Source: Octopus bimaculoides (lineage: Eukaryota). Taken from it: a stretch of DNA of 49,386 nucleotides. Under the pieces are notes generated by a model that was not told the DNA's origin, made no database searches, and saw only the letters and a program-made list of their open reading frames with translations. A program made the position numbers and the translations under genes. The stretch is taken from positions 126,206,989 through 126,256,374 of the forward strand of contig NC_068985.1 in assembly GCF_001194135.2 (NCBI RefSeq). Reading direction: 5' to 3'. Of the stretch, positions 36,800 through 49,386 are shown in pieces; position 1 is the first letter of the stretch, and every line of letters starts with the position of its first letter.

Positions 36800-38385
36800 G
36801 ACTCTCTACGAATTAGTTCTCCGCTCTCAGCATCGGTCTTCGTCGCACATCTCAGGAGGTAATTTCATAACGAAGCATCCACAGCTTTCCCCACACTCCG
36901 TCAATTTACTACTCCACTGTCCTTCTTAATTGCAATGCCAACCAAATATGACATTGTATATTTACCTACAACTCCTCCATATCCCATCTCTACTGGAATG
37001 AATCACCGTACAATGCTAATATCGTGCTTCACGCGATCCCAAAACTATCCATATTTTGACCTCTTTTTTTTTACATGTGTCTACTCCGTATTGCTTTCAT
37101 ATTACATCATTAAATCAATTATCAAAACTGTGTATCCGTTCGAATATTAAAATAAGTCAAGGAATCAATTCGTTATTGCAGTATGGCTAGAAACGCGAAC
37201 ATCTCCTTTCAAATCCATTTGTACCTTCTAATCTTTCGTAGCATTCATAAGTCAAGGTCTTTGCATTCCTTTTGTTTACGGTCCTGCATTACCATTTCAC
37301 GCCACGCAAATAAGGTAGCAATTTGGCATTGGCTTTCATTGCTGATATATAACTAATCGGTGGATAAACGCAATATTTGGTTATGCCACCAGACATACCC
37401 TGCAATGGACGGTTTGCATGCTCTCTTTGAATGCATAGCTTCTTTAGCAATCAGCAGTGTTACACCAGACCCATCCCCCAGGTTCTGGCAGAGATGGAAC
37501 CATATCATCCACCCTGAAGGAATATCCAGGAATAACCTGATGGCTTTATTTTCTATAAATTATTCTACGAAAGCTTCATTTGTTCAGCTGTCACCCACGC
37601 AGTTCAATGTTCAAATAGATCTCAACCCCACTTCTGTATTTAATTTGCGAACTTCTATAGTCACAAAATCTCATCTACCTTTTTTTTTTTTTTTTTTTTT
37701 TTNNNNNNNNNNTTTTTTTTTTTTTTTGTTTTGGCGAAATAACTATTAGTTCCGAAATATCTGTTAGTTCCGTTTTGCACAATACATTCTAATCTTTTAT
37801 TCTCGGTTTTTTTTTTTTTTTACTCAGAATCCATTTTCCTACTGCTAACACAAATAACTGGTTGTCATGAACAATGTCGATCACAGAAGCACATGCCGTT
37901 ATGTGGCAATATGTTTAGCTAGTATAAACGCCCACCAGCAAAGTTAAAAGCAGTTGCAGTTGTGCAATAACATCAAATTAATCAGTTCCTGTAAAGCATG
38001 GCGGGAGACTTATCTGCTCTCTTAGGAATTTGTTAGCATACTGTTCTACTTTCTCCATTACAGTCAACGATATTTCCGGCACTTAAGTAGCCATAAGAGC
38101 TTCGGCAAATGGCCATGCTGATAACACCACACCTTGAGTTTTCCTGCCAAATGCTGTGGTCAGTTGCAGCTGGCTCATATTTCAATTAACTTTGATCCCA
38201 CAACCTTTCTTAGCACCATTTAAATGCACCGTGTAGGTAGAGTACAAAGGTTCTTGTATACTTTCTGATCGTTGGAGTCCACTTTCCTCAAATTCTAATT
38301 TTGAACTCTGTAATCTGATCCCTGTTATTGACAGATTCATTCTTTCCTTCATTGAACTGCGGTGATGCTGGAAGAGTTTAATTGA
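36800..38385 (-). mobile_element. Decayed HERO-like (R2 superfamily, RLE) non-LTR retrotransposon
   Basis: AGKLKVWCYQHGHLPKLLW / VPEISLTVMEKVEQYANKFLREQISLPP, ACKPSIAGYVWWHNQIL, VQMDLKG, IIDLMM*YESNTE*THVKKKRSKY, FIPVEMGYGGVVGK match recalled HERO-type motifs GKFKAWCYQHGILPRLLWP, RHNQVL, IELTVPWE, PVEVGCRGFVG. Confidence 0.75.
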
Positions 38386-38397
38386 ACAAATTGGCAC

Positions 38398-38729
38398 CAG
38401 TATCTACTTATTTTTTAAAGCTTAGTACTTACTATAACGGTCTTTTTGACCTACCCGCTAAGTTACGAGAATATAAACAACTCAGCTTCGGTTGTCAAGT
38501 GGTGGGGGACAAACAAGACACGCACATACATACATACATACGTACATACATACATAGGTACACACACACACACAGATACAGGGGGCTTCCACTCAGCTTC
38601 CGTTCTTCAAATTTTCTCACAAGGCATTGGTCGACACGGGGTTATAGTAGAAGATACATACCAAAGTTACTGCGCAAAGGGACTGAAACCGTATGCTCAT
38701 GACGCAAACTTCTTAAGCTACATGGCCAT
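38398..38729 (-). mobile_element. SINE family A, diverged
   Basis: CCGCTAAGTTACG...CGGTTGTCAAG...GGGGACAAAC...ATAGTAGAAGATAC blocks. Confidence 0.7.
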
Positions 38730-38979
38730 TACTAGCGATTTTCTTCTGTCTGCTTTCATATAAGCTGACATAGCCTGTACTACCGTGCAAGGAGAACCTT
38801 TGTATCCTGTTGCCACCTTGGCCATAACGATTCACATATGTTCGAAGCTGGGAAAATGCTAGGCATATTACAACCTTAATTTGAAACGAGTTGCTGCTTA
38901 AGCTATCCACACTCAACTCCTAAGTCATTAATGAAAAAAAAATTCTTTAGATTCAGGTTATATACCAAAACAGATCTTA

Positions 38980-40360
38980 TCCCAGTCTGTCCTCCCGGTT
39001 TTCAAGCAGAGAAACAGATCTCTCGCAGTTAACTATCACCCAGTCTCACTCACCTCCCATATCATTAAAGTATTTGAAAAGGTGGTGAAATCAAGGATAG
39101 CTGGCTTCCTGGAGAGCCACAATCTCCTAAATTCAAAGCAGCATGGCTTTCGCTGCGGCAGGGACTGTCTAACCCAGCTCTTACACTACATCGATGATAT
39201 CCTTAAAACCTTGGGTTCAGGTTCAAACTCTGATGTCGTATCTTGACTTCAGTAAAGAGTTTGACAGAGTCGACCATGATACCCTACTGTCAAAATTGTC
39301 AAATGTTGGAATCCGTGGAGAACTACTACACTGGATCGAGTATTTCCTGGAGAACAGAACACAACATGCTGTGATCGGTGGAATCCACTCAATCCCAGCA
39401 AAAGTCATCAGTGGTGTCCCTCAGGGGACAGTCTAGGGCCCGCTTCTCTTTACAGTCTATATAAACNNNNNNNNNNNNNNNNNNNNNNNNNNNNNNNNNN
39501 NNNNNNNNNNNNNNNNNNNNNNNNNNNNNNNNNNNNNNNNNNNNNNNNNNNNNNNNNNNNNNNNNNNNNNNNNNNNNNNNNNNNNNNNNNNNNNNNNNNN
39601 NNNNNNNNNNNNNNNNNNNNNNNNNNNNNNNNNNNNNNNNNNNNNNNNNNNNNNNNNNNNNNNNNNNNNNNNNNNNNNNNNNNNNNNNNNNNNNNNNNNN
39701 NNNNNNNNNNNNNNNNNNNNNNNNNNNNNNNNNNNNNNNNNNNNNNNNNNNNNNNNNNNNNNNNNNNNNNNNNNNNNNNNNNNNNNNNNNNNNNNNNNNN
39801 NNNNNNNNNNNNNNNNNNNNNNNNNNNNNNNNNNNNNNNNNNNNNNNNNNNNNNNNNNNNNNNNNNNNNNNNNNNNNNNNNNNNNNNNNNNNNNNNNNNN
39901 NNNNNNNNNNNNNNNNNNNNNNNNNNNNNNNNNNNNNNNNNNNNNNNNNNNNNNNNNNNNNNNNNNNNNNNNNNNNNNNNNNNNCATCATTCCTCTTTTC
40001 TCCTCCTTTGTACGGCCACACCTCGAATATTGCTGTCCCCTGTGGTCTCCCCATACAAAACAAAACATCTCGAGGATTGAATCACCCCAGAGGTCATACA
40101 CTAAAAGAATTAAGGGCATGACTGATCTCGATTATTGGGACCGCCTTAAAGCATTGAAACTCTATTCTTTCCAGCGCCGCCGTGAGTGATACATCATTTG
40201 CACGATGTGGAGAATATACTTCCAGAATTGCCCAAACGACCACAGCATTAGCTTTAAAATTCATCCAAGGCTAGGACCACGGGCCATACGTCCTCTACCC
40301 AGTTCAGGATCACAACATAAATACACTGCAACACAATTTCTTTTCCTCAAGAGGCCCTGC
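38980..40360 (+). mobile_element. CR1/L2-superfamily LINE reverse-transcriptase region (pseudogene, gap 39467-39984)
   Basis: NYHPVSLTSHIIKVFEKVV...QHGFRCGRDCLTQLL...YLDFSKEFDRVDH...SGVPQGTV*GPLLF; after the gap FVRPHLEYCCPLWSP...DYWDRLKALKLYSFQRRRE*Y. Confidence 0.9.
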
Positions 40361-40751
40361 TCTATTCAATTTTGTTTCGCAAAACAAAATTTTTTTCAAA
40401 GAATAAAAGACGACAACAAAAAGAACACCATCCAACAGTATTATGAACAAACCATGAACGTTAATACTTCCCGTTTCACCTTCATCCAACGGAAAAAATA
40501 TGCCTGTCTATAAAAAAAAAAAAAGAAACAATTATGAATTGTAATAGAAATCACACCAGAAAAGTAATTGAATGCAATTTGAATAGCGGAAGTGTAGGCT
40601 AGAACATGACTAGAGCACGAGAGCTCTATCACAGTATACAGTCGCACACACTTGATTTTGATAAAAAGCAAAATGGAAAAGGAAACACATACTTATATAC
40701 TTACTTTCATACATATGTACATAGATACTTACACACCCATGTACATAGATA

Positions 40752-40855
<104 letters not shown>

Positions 40856-40857
40856 AC

Positions 40858-41252
40858 TTTTATCTCTTACTTGTTTCAGTCATTAGACTGCGGCCATGCT
40901 AAGGCACCATCTTGAAGAACTTTTAATTGAATGTATCGACCCCAATACTTCTTTAAACGTGGTACTTACGCTATAAATTTCTCTTGCCGAACCACTAGTT
41001 TAGGAGGACCTAAATGCATTGACACAGATTGTCAAAGGGTGATGGGGGTAACAAACACAGACACACACACAGATATATATATTCATATATATACGACGGG
41101 ATTCTTTCAGTTTCCATCTACCAAATCCATTCACAAAGCTTTGGTCGGCCCGAGGCTATAGTAGAAGACACTTGCCCAAGGTGCCACGCAGTGGGAATGA
41201 ACCCGGAACCATGTGGTTGGTAAGCAAGCTACTTACCACACAGTCATGCCTA
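40858..41252 (-). mobile_element. SINE family A
   Basis: Matches the family consensus in reverse. Confidence 0.85.
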
Positions 41253-41428
41253 TACATATATACATGTATATATGTATGTATGTATAGATAGATAGATATG
41301 CATACATATATACTACTTAGTTGTTTGTGAACGAAGCAGTAATAATGCCAAAAGCTAATTTTTATATCCAACTTAAGACCAGGCTAAGTTGGATGTGTAT
41401 AAATGTACGTGTATATATATATATATAA

Positions 41429-42434
41429 GAAGGTTTGGAGGTGATGTACAGGAATTATATATTAGAAAAAATAAGGTACTCAGATATCTGGATGATTATA
41501 CATTTACAGATTTTTATTTATATGTTATATGTTTTATAAGTATTAGCGCTTGCACCTATTCTTGTAGGTTCTTCAAATATGATTTCACTTCAGAGGATCT
41601 GTCTCTTTTTATAGTATTATTGAATGTGAAGGGGTGGAGAGAGATATATAGGATAGTAAAAGAGGGTTAGGAATGGAGGGAAAAGTGAGAGAGANNNNNN
41701 NNNNNNNNNNNNNNNNNNNNNNNNNNNNNNNNNNNNNNNNNNNNNNNNNNNNNNNNNNNNNNNNNNNNNNNNNNNNNNNNNNNNNNNNNNNNNNNNNNNN
41801 NNNNNNNNNNNNNNNNNNNNNNNNNNNNNNNNNNNNNNNNNNNNNNNNNNNNNNNNNNNNNNNNNNNNNNNNNNNNNNNNNNNNNNNNNNNNNNNNNNNN
41901 NNNNNNNNNNNNNNNNNNNNNNNNNNNNNNNNNNNNNNNNNNNNNNNNNNNNNNNNNNNNNNNNNNNNNNNNNNNNNNNNNNNNNNNNNNNNNNNNNNNN
42001 NNNNNNNNNNNAATGGGAAAGAGAAGGAAAGAAAGAAGAAAGAAAGGAATTCTGTTTACATCTATACCCCTGGTTAGTTCAAAAAGGTTTTCATATTTGT
42101 CTCCTACCTTTTTGAACTAAGCAGCTGTAAAGATGTAAACAGAATTCCTTTCTTTCTTCTTTCTTTCCTTCTCTTTTCCATTGACACTCTTTTCAGATAC
42201 ACACGCACACACATGCACACACACACACACACACACACACAAAGACACACCACACACTCTCTCCCACTGGACAATGATACCAACTCTTTGAAAAACAGCT
42301 TTCTTCCAAACAATGCCGCCTGGTTTTGCCATTTTTAAAGTCATTGAAAGAACTGATCAGCTGTAAACACAATTTTCGTCTTTCTTCTTTCAGCTTTCAC
42401 CTTTCCTTCTCTTTCCCATTGACACTCCTTTCAG

Positions 42435-42480
<46 letters not shown>

Positions 42481-42777
42481 CACACACACCAACACAAAAA
42501 CACACACACACTCTCTCTCACTTTTCCCTCCATTTCTAACCCTCTTTTACTATCCTATATCTCTCTCTCCACCCCTTCACATTCAATAATACTATAAAAT
42601 GAGACAGATCCTCTGAAATGAAATCATATTTGAAGAACCTACAAGAATAGGTGCATGCGCTAATATTTATAAAACATGTAGCATAATAAAAATCTGTAAA
42701 TGTACAACCATTTAGATATCTGAGTACCTTATTATTTTTTCTAATATATAATTCCTGTACATCACCTCCAAACCTTC
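41429..42777. repeat. ~1.35 kb palindrome with 17-nt central loop (left arm partly in N-gap)
   Basis: 41429-41694 = rc of ~42510-42777; 42011-42062 = rc of 42131-42182; TTAGTTCAAAAAGGT (42074-42088) / ACCTTTTTGAACTAA (42106-42120). Confidence 0.85.
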
Positions 42778-42784
42778 CAATCTC

Positions 42785-42852
<68 letters not shown>

Positions 42853-43725
42853 NNNNNNNNNNNNNNNNNNNNNNNNNNNNNNNNNNNNNNNNNNNNNNNN
42901 NNNNNNNNNNNNNNNNNNNNNNNNNNNNNNNNNNNNNNNNNNNNNNNNNNNNNNNNNNNNNNNNNNNNNNNNNNNNNNNNNNNNNNNNNNNNNNNNNNNN
43001 NNNNNNNNNNNNNNNNNNNNNNNNNNNNNNNNNNNNNNNNNNNNNNNNNNNNNNNNNNNNNNNNNNNNNNNNNNNNNNNNNNNNNNNNNNNNNNNNNNNN
43101 NNNNNNNNNNNNNNNNNNNNNNNNNNNNNNNNNNNNNNNNNNNNNNNNNNNNNNNNNNNNNNNNNNNNNNNNNNNNNNNNNNNNNNNNNNNNNNNNNNNN
43201 NNNNNNNNNNNNNNNNNNNNNNNNNNNNNNNNNNNNNNNNNNNNNNNNNNNNNNNNNNNNNNNNNNNNNNNNNNNNNNNNNNNNNNNNNNNNNNNNNNNN
43301 NNNNNNNNNNNNNNNNNNNNNNNNNNNNNNNNNNNNNNNNNNNNNNNNNNNNNNNNNNNNNNNNNNNNNNNNNNNNNNNNNNNNNNNNNNNNNNNNNNNN
43401 NNNNNNNNNNNNNNNNNNNNNNNNNNNNNNNNNNNNNNNNNNNNNNNNNNNNNNNNNNNNNNNNNNNNNNNNNNNNNNNNNNNNNNNNNNNNNNNNNNNN
43501 NNNNNNNNNNNNNNNNNNNNNNNNNNNNNNNNNNNNNNNNNNNNNNNNNNNNNNNNNNNNNNNNNNNNNNNNNNNNNNNNNNNNNNNNNNNNNNNNNNNN
43601 NNNNNNNNNNNNNNNNNNNNNNNNNNNNNNNNNNNNNNNNNNNNNNNNNNNNNNNNNNNNNNNNNNNNNNNNNNNNNNNNNNNNNNNNNNNNNNNNNNNN
43701 NNNNNNNNNNNNNNNNNNNNNNNNN

Positions 43726-43783
<58 letters not shown>

Positions 43784-43827
43784 ATGAATGTATGTATGTA
43801 TATATATATATAAAGATAAATTAAATA

Positions 43828-44001
43828 GAGAGATACGATTGACAATCCAATGATTTATTTATATTATAGTATTACATGATATACTATGAATATAATATAA
43901 CATAATATTATATTATATACTGTTTATGTTATATTATATTCATAGTATATCATCTAATATCATAATATATATAAACTATTGGATTGTCAATAGTATCTCT
44001 C
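43828..44001. repeat. AT-rich hairpin, ~78-bp arms, ~18-nt loop
   Basis: GAGAGATACGATTGACAATCCAAT...ATATAACATAA vs TTATGTTATAT...ATTGGATTGTCAATAGTATCTCTC. Confidence 0.85.
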
Positions 44002-45070
44002 CGTTGTATTATATCCATATTTATATGGTATTCAACTGACGTACCAGTGAATTGAATGTTTAACACACCCCTTTGAAAGATGTCTTTTCCTCAGTTTGTT
44101 ACTATATATATATGTGTGTGTCTGTGTATGTATGTACTGCGATGATATGGGAAATATATATAGCGACGGTATCATCCTACTTTTCACAGGAGGGTTACTT
44201 TTAGTCTCCTTCCAACTCCCCCAACCCGCACACACATAGGCGCGCACGCACACTTGCACACTCGCGCACATACACACATTCCTTTTCAACATCATCAATA
44301 TGGAGATTAGTGCACCTCTGGTTCAGAAAATCCATTTCCAACGGTGTGTATATGCTCACATACATACATACATACATACATACATACATAAATACATACA
44401 TACATGCATACATACATACATACATACATACATACATACATACATACACAAACTTTCCTACTTAATCCAGTGTCACTTTCCATATTATTTGTAATCATAT
44501 ACATATATATCGTATTTTGGCCACTAATAATGAGTGTGAACGACAATGGTTTAAATAGGAATGTTATTATTATTCTTATTATTATTGTTAACCCCAATTC
44601 AACCCTGAATGATGGCACTATTTCATGGAATTACGATCTATGTAAGCCAGTCCTTATTTATTTACATAATGTTAAGAAACTGTCAGTGCGTATTAATTAA
44701 TAACTAGAACACCGACATAATGTAATGAGATTAAATTTGTAAATTGAGTCATAATCGTACGTTTAATATACATAAGTTTATCCTCGTTTTGAAAATAAAT
44801 CCGAGTGTTAAACTATAGAACTCAGGGCTGTCAATCAAAAGAATCAAGAATTTAGGTGATTAATCGATTAGTAACGGTTTTCATTAAAGCCCTCGTCAGG
44901 ATCCCATAATTTATCTTGGTTGCTAAGTGAAAATACTCAGCATTTTATGAATACTTTATGAAAACTGTAAGTTTAGTCATGTTCGTCTTGTGCTTATTTA
45001 CGTGGTAGAACAAAGATGGGAGCATGTGCTAATTAAATAAGTATTACGTTATGTTACACGTGTCTGAGGG

Positions 45071-45456
45071 TGGAGGCGCAATGGCCCAGTGGTTAGGGCA
45101 GCGGACTCGCGGTCATAGGATTGCGGTTTCGATTCCCAGACCGGACGTTGTGAGTGTTTATTGAGCGAAAACACCTAAAGCTCTACGAGGCTCCGGCAGG
45201 GGATGGTGGCGAACCCTGTTGTACTCTTCCACCACAAGTTTCTCTCGTTCTTACTTCCTGCTTCTGTTGCGCCTGTAATTCAAAGGGTCAGCCTTGTCAC
45301 ACTCCGTGTCACGCTGAATATCCCCGAGAACTACGTTAAGGGTACACGCGTCTGTGGAGTGCTCAGCCACTTGCACGTTAATTTCACGAGCAGGCTGTTC
45401 CGTTGATCGGATCAACCGGAACCCTCGACGTCGTAAGCGACGGAGTGCCAACAATA
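45071..45456 (+). mobile_element. SINE family C variant with 14-bp target duplication
   Basis: GGAGGCGCAATGGCCCAGTGGTTAGG...GGTTTCGATTCCC head; ACACGTGTCTGAGG at 45056-45069 and 45457-45470. Confidence 0.85.
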
Positions 45457-45614
45457 ACACGTGTCTGAGGAACGCTCAGTCACTTACACGTAAATTTCGA
45501 AGTAGGTTATTCGATTGATCGAACAAATAAATCCTCATCGAATGTCAGAGATCCACCACCAATAATGATATAAGAAAATTTGAATAAAGAGCAATACAAA
45601 TAGTGAAAGTAAAT

Positions 45615-45760
45615 GGTTTAGTGGTTAGCGTGTTAGACTCATGATCGTAAGATTGTGGTTTCAATTCTTGATCAGGGTAATGCGTTGTGTTCTTGAGCAA
45701 GACACTTCATTTTTCGTTACTCCAGTACACTCAGCTGACAGAAATGAGTATTCCTGCGAG
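45615..45760 (+). mobile_element. SINE family C, diverged 5' part
   Basis: GGTTTAGTGGTTAGCG...GTTCTTGAGCAAGACAC...CTCCAGTACACTCAGCTG. Confidence 0.7.
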
Positions 45761-46562
45761 GGATCTGCGTCCCATCCAAAAAGGAATATATATATGCCAC
45801 AGAAACCTGAAAACTCACTTTATGTGTCTCTATGACTAGTGAAGGGGTTTTATTCTTTTTTAATAAAATGAATAGAATACATAAGAAAAAAAAAGTAAGA
45901 ACAGAACAAGACTAATATATAATATCGTTTATTGAATAACGCAAACAGGGGAAAAAAAGAAAATGAAACAAGACTGCAAGAATCTGTTTTAACAGACATT
46001 GGACAAACATGATTCTGTGGTTATAAATTCGTTTTACAATCTCGTGCTTTCGGATACGATCTCATTGTGCTGCACTTTGAACCTGTTTTTTTACGATAAC
46101 TTCGGGTTCACCAAATCCTTCAGCAAAATTGTTTAAACGGTCACTGTACAGAAGCCCATCAGATGAGATGTGTCTGATGTATTTTGGTTTCTTCTCCCTT
46201 TCCTCCACCTAACTCCGCGGAGGTCATGATTTCTGCCCTTCTTTCTTTGACTAAGCCATTAAAAAATGTATCAACAAAGCGAATTACAATATGGCTGTTA
46301 ATTCTTTGTTTGTCCAAGCATTTTCATAAGTTTATCCTAAATGTCCATGCTTGTTTCAGACATTTAGTTAGCCCTTGTTGAATACGTTCTGAGTAATATA
46401 TAGCTTTCCTTTCTTAAGTCTCGAGATATTCTGGCGGTTGAAACAAATTGGGAATGGGTATCATATATGTTGCATATACGCCATGGTAATATGTCCCGTA
46501 TGTCACATGGGACACATAGGACTGGCAAAAAGTTTAACAGGTTTTGAAATACATCGTGGTTT

Positions 46563-46775
46563 TTAATACAGGCCCAAGGCCAGAAATTGTAAAGGAGGAA
46601 TGATAAAGTCGGTTATAACGACTGTAGTGTTTGACTGGTTTGTTATTTTATTGACACCGGAAGAAAGAACAAAGTCCACACGGGTTGTATTTGAACCGAG
46701 TATGTAAAGATATGAAACTATATACTGCAAAGTAGATGCTCTACTGATTCTGCCAATCCACCAGGTTTGTGAAAT
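46563..46775 (-). mobile_element. SINE family B, highly diverged
   Basis: CAAGGCCAGAAATT...AAAGTCCACACGGGTTGTATTTGAACCGAG...CTGCCAATCCACC. Confidence 0.5.
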
Positions 46776-46792
46776 GCACAGCAAAAAATATA

Positions 46793-46828
<36 letters not shown>

Positions 46829-46838
46829 AGTCGTAGTC

Positions 46839-46869
<31 letters not shown>

Positions 46870-46963
46870 ATCGAGATTTTAATTCTTACCTTCATTCTTC
46901 CTTGTAATTGTAATTTTATGTAGATTTATTTTTGTTTAGTTTGATGCTTTAGTTATGTTTTTG

Positions 46964-47005
<42 letters not shown>

Positions 47006-47337
47006 CTTTTCTGAGAATTAATTGTCTTTGTTTTTTCACTTTTTTTCAGTTATTTGAATACTGTTTTTGCTTTGTTTTGTTGTTTTTTTACTTGATTTTT
47101 ATCCTTTTCTTTTAAAGAAATTAAACTTCATGAATTATCAAATCAGTCCCTATTACAGCAGCATTCTGAAATAGCAAAAGAAAAAATATATATACCTCGA
47201 AAAATAACAGTAGCGTGAACTAATTGGATTATATAGGGGTTATCCTCCTGGTAACTCGGTGGATTAAGAAATTGCTAAATATTCCATCTCAGAATGCGCT
47301 GGAATGGTTTATGCGTTGAGAAATATTGCTTTCATAT

Positions 47338-47430
47338 TTTGGCACAAAGCCCAGCAAGTTTGAGGGGGAAAATAAGTCGATTACATCGACCTCAGTGCTC
47401 AACTGGTACTTATTTTATCGACCCCGAGGG
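47338..47430 (-). mobile_element. SINE family B, 3' fragment
   Basis: GGCACAAAGCC...GTCGATTACATCGACC...TTTTATCGACCCCGA. Confidence 0.65.
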
Positions 47431-47880
47431 AATGATGAAACATATTCTTATAAATACAGAAATAATTCTTTGTGACAATGCTAAAGAATTATAATTTCAG
47501 TGACATATTATGACATGAATTAACAATAATAATAGTGTGATGACAAGTTAAACTGTTGAATAACACATAGTCGATACTTTGGAACCAGACTGAAGACATA
47601 AATACGATGAATGCAGTGACAATTCATTATGATGGAAAGAAAAAATGTTTTTGTTTTGTTTTACCTCCATTAGGGTGAGTTCTGTGTCTCTGAAGCTAAC
47701 CTTTTGGGGAATCACAAGAGGAATGCCTTTTGCTCCGTAGTCTGTGAAAAACGAAGTTAATTGTTATAAATAGGACAACTAGAGAAAGACGTGGAGAAAA
47801 AAGATAGTAACATACGTAAAGTATGGGAGTGCGGAAGAACGCATGTGTGTGTGTGTGAGTGTGTGTGTGTGTGTGTGTTT

Positions 47881-47942
47881 ATTCTTTTATTCTTTTACTT
47901 GTTTCAGTCATCTAGCTGTGACCATACTGGAGCACCGCCTTA
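47881..47942 (-). mobile_element. SINE family A, 3' tail fragment
   Basis: TCTTTTACTTGTTTCAGTCAT...CTGGAGCACCGCCTT. Confidence 0.6.
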
Positions 47943-47953
47943 AAAAAGACAAT

Positions 47954-48024
47954 TGTATCGGCCAGGAAACGAACCCAGGCCGCCCGCGTGGCAGGCGAAG
48001 ATTCTACCATTCTACCACTGATGT
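47954..48024 (-). pseudogene. tRNA-Gly(GCC)-like pseudogene
   Basis: 71 nt with anticodon arm TCGCC-TGCCACG-CGGGC matching eukaryotic tRNA-Gly(GCC); T-loop altered to TTCGTTT, D-arm and acceptor stem mismatched. Confidence 0.75.
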
Positions 48025-49343
48025 GTGTGTGCGCGCGCATGCATGTATGTATTCTCCTGTTTGGAAAGGGAAGCTTATTGCCATCGGAGGCCGAGGGCGA
48101 AACACTGCAATTTGTATATCTATGTTGTTGTTATTGCTGTTGTCGNNNNNNNNNNNNNNNNNNNNNNNNNNNNNNNNNNNNNNNNNNNNNNNNNNNNNNN
48201 NNNNNNNNNNNNNNNNNNNNNNNNNNNNNNNNNNNNNNNNNNNNNNNNNNNNNNNNNNNNNNNNNNNNNNNNNNNNNNNNNNNNNNNNNNNNNNNNNNNN
48301 NNNNNNNNNNNNNNNNNNNNNNNNNNNNNNNNNNNNNNNNNNNNNNNNNNNNNNNNNNNNNNNNNNNNNNNNNNNNNNNNNNNNNNNNNNNNNNNNNNNN
48401 NNNNNNNNNNNNNNNNNNNNNNNNNNNNNNNNNNNNNNNNNNNNNNNNNNNNNNNNNNNNNNNNNNNNNNNNNNNNNNNNNNNNNNNNNNNNNNNNNNNN
48501 NNNNNNNNNNNNNNNNNNNNNNNNNNNNNNNNNNNNNNNNNNNNNNNNNNNNNNNNNNNNNNNNNNNNNNNNNNNNNNNNNNNNNNNNNNNNNNNNNNNN
48601 NNNNNNNNNNNNAAGGAAGGAAGGAAGGAAGGAAGGAAGGAAGGAAGGAAGGAAGGAAGGACCTTGTTATTCCCCGTCTATTCAAGATGTAGAGTCAGAA
48701 GGCGTTATTCATGGTTTGCGTCGACAAATGGTAGTGATTTTGCCCTACGATTTGCACACGAAAACAACTAAGTGCAAGATATCAATAGCTTCCTGGGTGA
48801 AACAAAAGAAGTTTAACGTCTTTACATAGCTGAATGTGAATAAAATTGTTTATTCGTAATCAGCTTAACACTTTATTAACAAACGTTTCAGTTCTACCGA
48901 AAATTTAGATTTACCATCTTCCTTGAGCAAATTAATTTATTCTATTTTATGAACATTTTATACACTACATGTAACATAAGCTAAAAAGAGGAAATATGAA
49001 AATGAAAACGGAGTGACTATACCATTAATGAGAGGGACGAGGTAACCTTGAATAACCAATTCAATCAGCGGTTTCAGTGATTGAACCTGCAAAACAAGTG
49101 ATACATAACTGATTAAAATATTTTTTAAATATGCGACACATATATTACGATATTTTGCGAGAATTACGTTTGCATTTTCGTTTATAGAAAAAACACAACA
49201 ATATTATTTCGTTCATTGAAAATTATGTCACAATTATTTCTTCTTTCCATTTGTATGCCTGCCTGACTTTTTCACACATACACACACACACTTGTATATT
49301 TATACATACATATATACATACATACATACATATATATATATAC

Positions 49344-49386
<43 letters not shown>

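Overview
AT-rich, microsatellite-laden eukaryotic genomic DNA with about 15 N-gaps. The SINE repertoire points to an octopus-like cephalopod (inference). Almost all supplied ORFs are artefacts of simple repeats or N-runs. One real protein-coding gene can be reconstructed on the minus strand from two exons (29361-29055 and 3048-2884) joined across a ~26 kb intron. It encodes the N-terminal part of a probably secreted alpha/beta-hydrolase-fold protein whose nucleophile motif reads GHGEAG instead of GHSxGG. The rest is transposon-derived: many copies of three tRNA-type SINE families, mariner and DD37D (maT) DNA transposon relics, MITEs, decayed LINEs (RTE, CR1-like, R4/Dong-like, HERO-like) and a tRNA-Gly pseudogene. 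There are also five fold-back structures. The most notable is a 423-bp insertion with 11-bp target duplications, carrying two head-to-head minimal hammerhead-ribozyme motifs of the Penelope type. All alignments were done by eye; no searches were run.
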